A DNA stretch of 62,347 nt, the filler included, from Pirum gemmata (Eukaryota), in NCBI GenBank assembly GCA_002812295.1. It is 10 parts of 10 records of this genome, joined end to end, with 100 filler letters (N's around TTAATTAATTAA, not from the genome) between each part and the next. Parts side by side here need not be neighbours in the genome. Positions count along the whole stretch, not along the records: positions 50,303 to 56,282 come from PDIN01000378.1; positions 56,383 to 62,347 come from PDIN01000379.1; 8 more parts are not named here. One strand, given 5' to 3'. Position numbers and translations under genes: made by a program. The notes beneath the pieces were generated by a model that had not been told where the DNA came from, did no database searches, and saw nothing but the letters and a program-made list of their open reading frames with translations. Numbering within the stretch: the first letter of the stretch is position 1; each line of letters begins with the position of its first letter. This document shows, piece after piece, positions 52,070-62,347 of the stretch.

Positions 52070-52990
52070 TGTCATGGTTATGTCTATATGTTTATTAATA
52101 TATGTTTATGGCTATGGCTATGGTTAATATTGTTATTGTTATGGCTACGATTATTGTTATTGTTGTCGTTAAGGTTATGGTTATGGTTATTGTCATGGTT
52201 AGGATTACATATAATATATGGTATACATTATGATTATGGTTATGATCTATTATGGTTATGATTATTGGTTAGAACTACGGTTATCGTTATGAGTTATGGT
52301 TATGGTTATGGTAAAAATTATGGTGATGATTATGATTACTTGGTTATGTGTCACAAGGTTATATTATATCGTCATGGTTATGGTCATGGTCATGGTTATG
52401 GTTATGGTAATGGTTATGGTTATGGTTATGGTTATGGTTAATTATGGTAGCTTATGATTATTGTCATGATATCGATTATGGTTATGGTTCTGGTTATTAT
52501 ATGATTATGCATATTATTATGCATATGATTATGCTTATGGTTAACGTTATTTATGTTTATAATTAGGATTAAGGTGGTCATAGCCATGGTAATATAGTTA
52601 TATGTGGTTATATGGTTATGATTAATTATGATTATGGTTATGGTTATGGTTATGGTTATAGTTATGATTAATTATGATTAATTATGATTATGATTATGAT
52701 TATGATTATGGTTATTATATATGGTTATGGAGTGTTATGGTTATGGTTATGATTATGGTTAAGATTATGATTTATAATGTGGACCTGTTCCAGTTTCTAA
52801 CACTACATATATGATATCGTTATTAACATGAAAAATAATATTTATGGTAACATTAAAATTATTGAAGTTTATGGCTTTGCATATGGTTATAAAATTATGG
52901 TTGCATACGCATGGTTATGGAGTTATGGTTGTGTTATGGTTACACACATAGTATGGTCATATATAGTCATAGTTATATGGTTTTAACGTT
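52070..52990. repeat. Degenerate (TATGGT/TATGAT)n hexamer satellite
   Basis: Directly visible. Confidence 0.9.
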
Positions 52991-53221
52991 TTGTGTTTAC
53001 ATATGATTATGGTCATTGGTAATAGTTATGATTATATTGGTTTATATTGTGGGCCTGTTTCAGTCTTATAAGTTAGTAATTTATTATTGATAATTATAGG
53101 ATACTATTTGTATGATACATAATGAAACATATATAGCTCTTGATAAGGTTTTAAACTTTTGTGGATAATAAAATTTAGAGAAAGCATTTTTTTCTTTTTT
53201 TTTTTTTTTTTTTTTTTCCTT

Positions 53222-53278
<57 letters not shown>

Positions 53279-53623
53279 CTCAATGTGGCTATACTTGTGT
53301 GGACATACTATCGATAGCTAGCTAGGTCCTAACGCTAACGCCCCCTTACTTACCAACCCTAACAATAAACTTCAACCCACTGGCAATTTAAAAGTGCAAT
53401 TTGACCGGTGTTTTTATTTTTATTTTTATTTTTTATATCATATCATATTATTATAATAAAAGCTTTTGAAGAATATAATAATAATACTAGTATCGATATA
53501 ATATTATATATTCATAATAATATTAAAATATGTTAAATACTAGTATATTTGATATTAAAATTATAATTAGTTCACCAACAACTGACCCTAACTAGCCCTA
53601 ACTATTAATTGCTATTAATATAT

Positions 53624-54054
53624 ATTGTTATTAATTGTTAATAATTATTGTTACTGTGTTATTATTATTATTATCATTGATATTGCTATTGTTGTCGTTG
53701 TGATTATTATGATTATTATAATTTTTAATAATTATTTTGTTTTTGTTATCAGCTCGAGTTGTTATAAGTTGTTGACTTTAACGTTAAAACGTTAGTATTG
53801 ATGTTAACATTATTGTTATATTAACTAAATTAATATTGTTATTAATTGTTATTATTATAATATTAATAATAATTATTGTTACTGTGTTATTGTTATTATT
53901 ATCATTGTTATTGCTATTGTTGTCGTTGTGGTTATTATGATTATTATAATTTTTAATAATTATTCTGTTTTTGTTATCAGCTCGAGTTATAAATTGTTAA
54001 ATTTAACGTTAAAACGTTAGTATTGATGTTAACATTATTGTTATATTAACTAAA
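53624..54054. repeat. Tandem duplication of about 210 bp
   Basis: TTATCAGCTCGAGTT and TTTAACGTTAAAACGTTAGTATTGATGTTAACATT each occur twice about 225 nt apart. Confidence 0.85.
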
Positions 54055-54163
54055 ATTGTTTTTGTTACAATATTAATAATATTAATATTAATATATCTAA
54101 TTAATGTAAGTGTGTTTCAATATTAATATTAATGATGATGATGATGATGATGATGATGATCGA

Positions 54164-54194
<31 letters not shown>

Positions 54195-54757
54195 GCTGTT
54201 GCTTACTATTGTTACTGTTGTTGCTTACAACAGGCATATAAATCTGCTATGATAATTCTCATTATTATATGATACTACTAGCTAATTGTGGACCTTGAGG
54301 TTTTTTTCTGTATTTTTTTTTCTTTCTTCCTTGACTCCATTCATTCCTTGAAAAATAAAAAAATAAAAAAATGATGTGTCATCTTCAAATTACAATTCTT
54401 CATTATAAAATTAAAATTCGATGAATTTCGATCCAAACATCAAAGAAGTTACAGTTTTAAAATATCTTAATTAGCAAAACATTTAGCTTTATATAGGTGG
54501 CTATTATATTTAATTTACTTATTATTAAAGGAAAGTAATTATTCTTTTGGTAACAGTTTAGACACGCTCTGACTCGAAAAAATATTGAGCTCGGAAAAAG
54601 CTCCACGTGGTCTTTCTGGCTTTCAGTGGTAGGTCTACGAAGTGTCTACGATCACGATTACATGTTTTTTTTTGTAAACTTTTTTTTTGGGTTGCGTTTT
54701 TTCTTTTGATTTTTTTTTTTTTTTTATCAACTAGCCGGGTACTACTGGCTATTATTA

Positions 54758-54876
54758 GGGACCAGCTTCCGGTCAAATACAGCTTCAAATACCCCTGCCT
54801 ACCTACCCCTCGACGTGAATTTCTGGTCAAATACCACCTACCTACCCACTACGTGACGTATTATTTGAACGCTCCC
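54758..54876 (-). mobile_element. MITE-like family C copy
   Basis: Reverse complement; ends ACGTATTATTTGAACGCTCCC. Confidence 0.8.
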
Positions 54877-55816
54877 TCTCCCAATCTCCCAATTCTGCTC
54901 GAGCCCGAAAACTCAAATTTCTGCTGTCGAAAAAAAAAGCTCTTCTCGGGTTTATAAATAAATATACCGGCTTAAAATTTTTTCGAACTTATTTAATTAA
55001 TGCATAGGCTCGAAAGATCGATTTATTAAAAAAGCAGAACTCCCCCCCAGAGAAGCCTATGTAGCTCTAGACTATGTAGCTTACTTTAGGTAGCTTACTA
55101 CTGGCTGCTAGCTCATTTAAAAATGCCAACTTAAAGGTTATAACCCACCAAGTAAACATTCAGAGTCATTTAAAAATGCCAACTGAAAGATTATAACCCA
55201 CCAAATAAATATTCAGAGTCACCAAATGGGGAGTGGAAATGTTCCAACTCGAATCAGCCCAAAACTCGAATTTTTAAGGCTCTTTGCCACTTTTCTTTTT
55301 TATCGATTTTTTTTTTTGTCGATATTATATAATTTTTATATTCATACGATTATTTTTTTTTTTCAAGCCAGCGAGCGTGGTTACAAGTAAAATTGAATGT
55401 AAATTTAAAAAATAAGTTATCATATTAAGTATATTATTTTATTTATTTAGTAATAAAGTTACAATATGTTACTATATTGAGTATCACTATCCCTATAAAA
55501 CGAAAATTTACTTTTTTGAAGTTTTTGTTGCATTTTTATTACCGGTACGTACCGTTACTGTGTACTACCCGTAGACCCTAGCCCGTAGACACCCTAATTT
55601 GGCCAGCCAAATGGAGATTATTTATTTGGTACTTTGAAGTTTATAAATAATAAATGTGGTTATTTTAAATTGAAATATAAATTATTTTAATTTAAAAACA
55701 TGCCAAGTTAATTAAATTGTATCAAATAAATTTGATATAGTATTAACTTGGTATCTAGATTCTAGACCGGTAGACGATAGTCTAGTTTACTTGAGGTCTA
55801 GTTTAAAATAAAATTA

Positions 55817-55990
55817 TTCAGTTGTTTTATCATCATAAAATATAAAATAAAGAATACCAAATTAATATAATATAAATCTTTTTCATTTAATTTGGTATAT
55901 TTAATATTATACATTTGTTCATTTAACAACTCCAATTAAAAATTATAGCTAACCAAATAAATATTCGGGGTGACAAAATAAATGAAAAGC
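55817..55990 (+). mobile_element. MITE-like family A copy
   Basis: TTCAGTTGTTTTATCATCATAAAATATAAAATAAAG...AAATATTCGGGGTGACAAAATAAATGAAAAGC. Confidence 0.8.
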
Positions 55991-56382
55991 AGCACCCTAG
56001 AAACTAGACCCTATCATAGCTAGAAAACCACCTGAAAAGCACTAGACTAGGTCTGGAGTCTATATAAGAAAGCCTCTTACGTTTAAATTTGTACTTTCTA
56101 AAGAAGCTTGTTTTGTTATTCTTGTTGCTATCGTTGTAAATGGTTATTGTTTTGATAGTGTACTTGTTCTTGTTCTTGTTATAATTCTCGTTATTGTTAT
56201 TGTTATTGTTATTATTATTATTATTGTTGTTCTTGTTCTTGTTATAATTATCGTTATTGTTATTGTTATTGTTATTATTGTTNNNNNNNNNNNNNNNNNN
56301 NNNNNNNNNNNNNNNNNNNNNNNNNNTTAATTAATTAANNNNNNNNNNNNNNNNNNNNNNNNNNNNNNNNNNNNNNNNNNNN

Positions 56383-56423
<41 letters not shown>

Positions 56424-56426
56424 TAG

Positions 56427-58817
56427 GTCTTTTTGAAAATTGTAGATAGGCCTGTTGATCCTAACAACATGAAGGTTTTGGGCAAAGGAAAACCGAATTC
56501 GAAATCAACTAAAAAGGGGTTATTTATAAAACGATTGTACCATATTAAACATGAACCTGTTATGTGGGGTGGTTGTTTAGCTGCATTGTTTGTATTTTTA
56601 TTTGTACCTTTGATGATAGGTACCATCCAAATTGTAGAATTTTTTGGTGATAAATTTGTTCTCCAATATAGTGACTTTGTTGATTATCAAGGTTTTGTCA
56701 ATGTTCTTTTGCAATGTTTGATTGTTATCATTGCTTTGACGTTTATTCAAGTACCAAGTATTACAGTTTTAGTACTAGAAAAAGAGTTACTTCACAACAT
56801 CAAAGAAATGCAGCTCTTAATAGGTGTCCCATTAAAATTGTATTACTTAATTAATTGGTTATTTGATCAATCTTACTTCTTATTTTTTGGATTTTGGGCC
56901 ATTCTTCTTAGTACAGTGGCCTACCCAAACGATAATCCAACTTGTTATGAAAACCCTGATACTAGCGGGACTGATTGTGGGACTGACGGGTATCCTATAT
57001 CATACAACGGAGAGAAAGATTTTAAAACAGAATGGCAAATAGGTTTCAGTACTTTCATACTAATCATAGTCTATTGTTTTACACTGACCCCTTTCGTTTA
57101 TGCTAGAGTTGTTAACGCAAAGGATCACAGTAAAGCTATTGTCTCAGCAGTAATTATTGGTTTTGTTTCTGGAGTAGGCATGCCGCTTATTTTCTTAACG
57201 TTGTCTAAAGTGTCACTAAGCTCTGGTATAATGACTTCTGAGCTAGTCACCATATTGGATTTTGCCTTTAATTTGATCCCTCAATATGCCTTAGTTTGCG
57301 GATTGGCTTATCCTCGAATCAAATACTTCGAAACTAAAAGTAGTTCTAATAATGACTACTACTTAGAAAATGGCTGCAGTGCTGTTTTTAATGCCAAATA
57401 TACAGACACGAGTTCGCCTTTGTACGGTGAATTTTTTACTTGTCGCAGTTGGAGTTTAGATCTTGCTTTCCGTTGTCTATATATGGTTGGTGTCGGTATT
57501 TTTTGTTGGATTTATGTTTACTGCAAAGAAAATGGAATTAGTATGTGTTGTTGTGGGAAAGGAAGGAAACTATGGAGGAGTCATAAAAGTGAAATAATGG
57601 ACAATGAAGATTTAGAAAAAGAAATGGCAAGAATGGATGAAGCAAAAACTTCCAGCGATAGAAACGATGTAAATTGCGATTCTCTGCAATTAAGAGATCT
57701 GAGTAAAGGTTACAAGAAAAAAGAGGTTCTGTCTTTAGAAAAGGTTAACTTTGGTGTTAAAAAAGGTGAAATATTTGGTTATCTGGGAGCGAATGGTGCT
57801 GGTAAATCAACCACTTTGAAAATTTTGACGGGTTTACACCCACCCACGGAGGGCGGTGCGTTTGTCAATGGTGTAGAAATTAAAGGCCAAAAGGTTCAAG
57901 AGGCTAGAAAATATATTAGTTATTGTTCGCAAACGGATAATTTGTTTGCCAATTTTACTGTTGAGGAACATTTACGCATGTTTGCCTATTTCCATGGTTA
58001 CAATGATATAGAAGAAACCATCAATGTTAGTATTACCAATTTGCAATTAGAAAAATACCGATGCGTGAAGAGCGAAGAATTAAGTGGTGGTAACAAGAGA
58101 AAACTGATGACTGCTTTGTGTTTATTAGGAAGTTCTGAGGTTTTACTGTTAGACGAACCTTCTTCCGGTATGGATCCTTGTGCACAACGCTTTTTGTGGA
58201 ATACAATTGAAAACGTGAGAGAGAGAGCTGGTACATCTATTGTTTTGACTTCTCACAGTTTTCCGGAAATTCAAGCTTTGTGTGACCGTGTTGCCATTTT
58301 GGTTGAAGGAAAATTGCGTTGTATAGGGCCAGAGTATTACATCACTTCTAAGTTTACGGACCATTACACCGTTACTCTTGCTTACCCAGTAAATACTCAA
58401 TCTTATCAAAACCTTGGAGATTCAACACTTTCCTTGTACTCTGACACACAAGAAAGATTAGTGCAATTGCTTATTGATCGTTTAGGTGAAGGTTATGTTG
58501 AGCCTTTGGCTCTACAAAAAGAAGGTTCGCTTGCTTTGTTTGTAAAGAAGTCGGTTCCTTTCTCGACTGTTTTTGATTTCTTGCAAAGTTTGAGAGACAA
58601 CGGCACAGTTGATTTGTTCAGTATTATCGATGGTGATCTTGGAGCAGTATTTTCCAAATGGATCGAAAATGTTGCTGATGAAACTCGAGACTCACCAAGA
58701 GCTACAAATCTGGGCAGAGCTCCAAGTATGAAACTTCGATCAACTCCAAGTTCGCGAGCACGTGCACGTGCAGCTAGTGGGGCGACGCAAACACGCACAC
58801 GTATTACTGAAGTATAA
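56427..58817 (+). CDS. ABCA: ABCA-subfamily ABC transporter, terminal exon (second TMD plus second NBD); upstream part missing
   Basis: Acceptor TTTAG at 56422-56426. GLFIKRL motif before the first TM, multiple TM helices, Walker A GANGAGKST, signature LSGGNKRKL, Walker B LLLDEPSSGMDP, H-loop TSHS..EIQALCDR. Confidence 0.93.
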   Translation, partial: VFLKIVDRPVDPNNMKVLGKGKPNSKSTKKGLFIKRLYHIKHEPVMWGGCLAALFVFLFVPLMIGTIQIVEFFGDKFVLQYSDFVDYQGFVNVLLQCLIVIIALTFIQVPSITVLVLEKELLHNIKEMQLLIGVPLKLYYLINWLFDQSYFLFFGFWAILLSTVAYPNDNPTCYENPDTSGTDCGTDGYPISYNGEKDFKTEWQIGFSTFILIIVYCFTLTPFVYARVVNAKDHSKAIVSAVIIGFVSGVGMPLIFLTLSKVSLSSGIMTSELVTILDFAFNLIPQYALVCGLAYPRIKYFETKSSSNNDYYLENGCSAVFNAKYTDTSSPLYGEFFTCRSWSLDLAFRCLYMVGVGIFCWIYVYCKENGISMCCCGKGRKLWRSHKSEIMDNEDLEKEMARMDEAKTSSDRNDVNCDSLQLRDLSKGYKKKEVLSLEKVNFGVKKGEIFGYLGANGAGKSTTLKILTGLHPPTEGGAFVNGVEIKGQKVQEARKYISYCSQTDNLFANFTVEEHLRMFAYFHGYNDIEETINVSITNLQLEKYRCVKSEELSGGNKRKLMTALCLLGSSEVLLLDEPSSGMDPCAQRFLWNTIENVRERAGTSIVLTSHSFPEIQALCDRVAILVEGKLRCIGPEYYITSKFTDHYTVTLAYPVNTQSYQNLGDSTLSLYSDTQERLVQLLIDRLGEGYVEPLALQKEGSLALFVKKSVPFSTVFDFLQSLRDNGTVDLFSIIDGDLGAVFSKWIENVADETRDSPRATNLGRAPSMKLRSTPSSRARARAASGATQTRTRITEV

Positions 58818-59846
58818 TTTGGTTGAAATTATATTTCGAAATTAAATTTTGAAAAGTATTCTTGTATTCAGTTAATTGATTAAAAATAATAATGTGAGAT
58901 TTTAATGAATAATAAAATTTAATAATAATAATAATATAATAATAATATTTTTATTAAAAAAAAAACTAATATTAATAATAATGTATAATACTATTATAAA
59001 ATAAATATCTACACACTACAGTGACGCTATAAATTCTAAACTATCATATCGTACAACAATATTAATATTTCCTTTATTAATATAAGTATTTATAATTGAT
59101 CTCTAGTGTCCTATCTAACTAGAGTGTCACCGTCAAGTTTCAAGAAGGGTTAATTAAGCCCAGTAGTATAGGGTTAAACAAATTACAAACGACTAATAAA
59201 CTAGATCAATTATGTGCTAATATAATATATTTTAATTAACCAATATAATATTATTATAACGTGCAAAATTATTATTATTATAGAAAAACTATTAGACAAA
59301 ATTTCATTGATAGAATCAATTAACAATGCAATCAATCCGTTAAATTTTCCTCATATATAATTATAATTATAATACTAACTAAATGTTTCAATAGCCAACA
59401 CTCCCCTTTAACGTCAGGTTACTAAGACTATCATACTCTACCAACATAACTTTATTTATTTATTTATTTATTCATTTATTTATCTATATCTATCTATTTA
59501 TTTATTTATTCATCTATTAATATCTATTTATTTATTTACTTATTATTTATTTGTTTATTTTATTTGTATATACACAATGCTCGGGGTTTTCAAACAATAC
59601 CACAACAAGAAAAATACAAAAAACAATCTGTATTTTCAATCACATAATGCGTGAACTCCAAGTCTTAGTATATAACCAACAACTACAAGAATAAATACCC
59701 TTAATTAGAAGCGTATCATTCAATACGGTTCGCTTTGACCAAACAATTAGCGCTATCAAACGCTTTTTTTTTAATTAATTAAAGTCTAGCAGAATGGATT
59801 CTAGCTAGACATCTGAGCTAGACATGAATATAGCTAGACTATATAA

Positions 59847-59981
59847 GGGAGTGTTCAAATACTACGTAATACCAACTTCCAGTCTAATACAGCTTCAAAT
59901 ACCCCTATCTACCTACCCATCGACGTTAATTTCCGGTCAAATACCACCTACGTACCTACCCCTTGACGTGACGTATTATTT
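59847..59981 (-). mobile_element. MITE-like family C copy
   Basis: GGGAGTGTTCAAATACTACGTAA...TTTCCGGTCAAATACCACCTAC...TGACGTGACGTATTATTT. Confidence 0.8.
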
Positions 59982-61513
59982 TTAAAAAAAAAATCAAAAT
60001 ATACACACCAAAATTTCTTTGGATTTATACCAATCAGACTGCATAGTTTGGACTCAGTCTGTGGAAGGCTATTCGCCACTTCGCAGTTACCATAAATAGT
60101 ATTTATATAGCTATAAATAGTAGCTACTATTTTAGAAGCTTCTATTAATAGTAGCTATTATACTATTTAAAGTAATTTGAATCACAAAATTTCATTTTGG
60201 CGAACTTTTGGTACCAGAGCCTTCAATTAGTAAAATGACGTCATCTCATCCCTCCTACTGGAGGATAGTTAAATAGTTTACAATCCAGCTAACTCTATTT
60301 TTTATTGGCTATTTATCGTATGTAAAAATAAAAGCTAGAAAATAAAAGCAACAAGGACTCCAGTTGATCCAATAATATAAAACTAAAATAAGATATTGCT
60401 ATTAGAATCTGGTGATTCCAAATTTCCAAGGACCGAAAACCCCACATCTGCCAATGATCTGGTTCCACATATATGAACATTGAACACTGCCCGGAACAGT
60501 GAGATTAACCAACCCCTGTTGAGAACATTGGTTTTATGGAATCGTTTGATGCTACGAAAACACCAGGCTGTACTGAGTGTACTCAGGCTGTAATATTAGA
60601 AATAAAAACTAAATTTAGTAAACCAGCTTTATTTGATGAAACGAATTAAAATATATCATGTAAAATGCTGATATTTACTTTTGTTTGGTATTAATAAAGA
60701 AGTACATTTTTTAACAATTTTGTATAATCAAATTAAATTATTAGTAATATTGTATAATTATGAGCTCTTTCAAGAAAAAGTTTAGCTTCATGTAAATTAT
60801 TTTCTGGAACACTTTGAATTAATTTTTTTACTATTCCTCTTTCAAAGGGAGTTATTTGATACAAATCATAATCTTCAATGATTTCTGTAAACGTAATTCC
60901 GAAACCAAATCAGATAATATAATTCAAAAATTTGCCAAATAAAAAATATTTTATTACTTACCCGGTAATATAAATCAACAAGACAAATTAATTATGTATT
61001 CACTACAATTACGTATGTCATTTTTTTTTATAATCGGCTTACCTATTTTAATTTTAGGACTTACAAAAAAACTTTTAAGAAACAACAAGTAATAGCTAAA
61101 AGTCAAACTTTTGGTACTAGTACAACTGCCATTCATTGTGCTAATAAACGTCATTGTGTTAATGTTTATGTAGTACAAGTCATAGGTGAGAAAACAGCAA
61201 GAACCATGAATTACGAACGTGATTATTCAATGACTTTACCAATAACTATTGATGCTTATGTTTCATCTGAGGTAATAATAGATGAAGATATTCATTCATC
61301 GGCTAATTCTCAAATTATCACGGGAGGTTTCCACACTTAAAACTCACTCCTGCTAATAGAATTGCAAAACGAAATACTTTAAAAACACATGGTCAAGAAT
61401 TAGCTAAATTATTATCCATGCACACAATACCCAACTGCTACTTCCTCGCATTCACCTTCTTTTAATAATTTTTATAACCATCGATAAAATTTATAATAAT
61501 TTATTTATTTTTT

Positions 61514-62320
61514 TTAACCAAACAGATATGGTATAGCATAAAACCATTTATTATCTATCGTTAACCATTGGATGAGATTTACACTGCACAATATTTTAAA
61601 ATATATTATTATAATTTTCACATGCTATGTCACTAAGAATAAATTGTTCCATACCAGCCCATTTTTGTTTTTCAAATATAATACTTTCCAGTTTGTTATA
61701 AAATAGCTGATTGAAAATATCAACCATGTTTCGATGAACAACAAAAAATCCTCCTATAGTCAAAACATTATTTGGTGGATATTCATAATTAAAATATTTT
61801 TCTAATGTCGTAACTTTACACTTATTATTGTTAAGTTAAAAGGCAAATATTAATACCATTATTTTTTTCTCATCAAGTAAACTACTTTTAGGAAATTGTT
61901 TTAATTGTACACCATCATAACGCACCATACCAATGTCACATCATCCTAAAAACTTCGTGGTTGTGTATTTTTTCGCCTCTAATAGAAAGGCTGGTTTGTT
62001 TAATATCATTGTTGAATATTCATCTAAATCCATGACGTGGCGCATATTTTCATTATAATAATGTCCTAATTCATGAATATATTGTCCCCAATACTTATAT
62101 GTACTCAAATCTTTTAGAGAATTAACTTCCAAAATCTTGGTATTTTCAGTGTTTCTTAAGGACTGTATGAATGGTATAAATTCAGGTGAACAAAATATCA
62201 CCATAAATCCCGGGCACGTTAGTAAAGTTTTGGCCCACATTTTGTAATCGGTAATGGAGTGTTTACTTTTAATTTTTATAAATCCCGTTACCAAAGTTAA
62301 TTCTTGTGATCGATGGCCAA
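61514..62320 (-). pseudogene. HtrL/YibB (WlaTC-like putative glycosyltransferase) family pseudogene
   Basis: Translation past the ORF-track stop: ELTLVTGFIKIKSKHSITDYKMWAKTLL...ILNKPAFLLEA...FLG*CDIGMVR...TIGGFFVV...WAGMEQFILSDI...DNKWFYAIPYLFG*. This follows the TxVT / WxDxG / GGFF / GxxQ / WF motif order. Three in-frame stops and one frameshift; no ATG within the window. Confidence 0.65.
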
Positions 62321-62347
62321 AAATAATGATAATAATAATAATAATTA

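Noticed and set aside
61941..61943. Alternative genetic code (UGA=Trp or UAR=Gln) suggested by stops inside the HtrL-like frame
   Set aside because: Intact genes here end in TGA (ABM, kinase), TAA (ABCA, ApoL-like) and TAG (MMTAG2-like) and use TGG for Trp. The HtrL frame also has a frameshift, so decay is the simpler explanation.

Overview
Very AT-rich eukaryotic genomic DNA with GT-AG introns, the standard genetic code and TTAGGG-type repeats. The taxon cannot be determined from the sequence; a protist-like genome is an inference. The window is not one locus: it is ten pieces of about 6-7 kb joined by nine artificial 100-nt linkers (N44-TTAATTAATTAA-N44), so neighbourhoods across linkers are meaningless. 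Supported genes: (1) an intronless fusion of two bacterial-type ABM-fold domains; (2) a frameshifted array of about 17 RNI-like LRRs with hypervariable surface positions; (3) a spliced apolipoprotein-L-domain gene with a coiled-coil tail; (4) exons of a possible CBM20 protein; (5) a spliced MMTAG2/C1orf35-like RS/RD-rich gene; (6) a MARK/CAMKL-type kinase with a UBA domain; (7) a secreted protein made of three 6-Cys modules, plus its tandem pseudogene; (8) the terminal exon of an ABCA transporter; (9) an HtrL/YibB-like pseudogene. Non-coding DNA holds a decayed LINE reverse transcriptase, at least six MITE-like families, interstitial telomeric repeats, microsatellites and many palindromic (CTAG)n tracts and micro-duplications. 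No single multi-gene system can be demonstrated. The best novelty leads are the ApoL-like gene, the double-ABM fusion, the 6-Cys module family, the hypervariable LRR array and the micro-duplication/inversion signature. All family assignments are by-eye motif recognition, not database searches.
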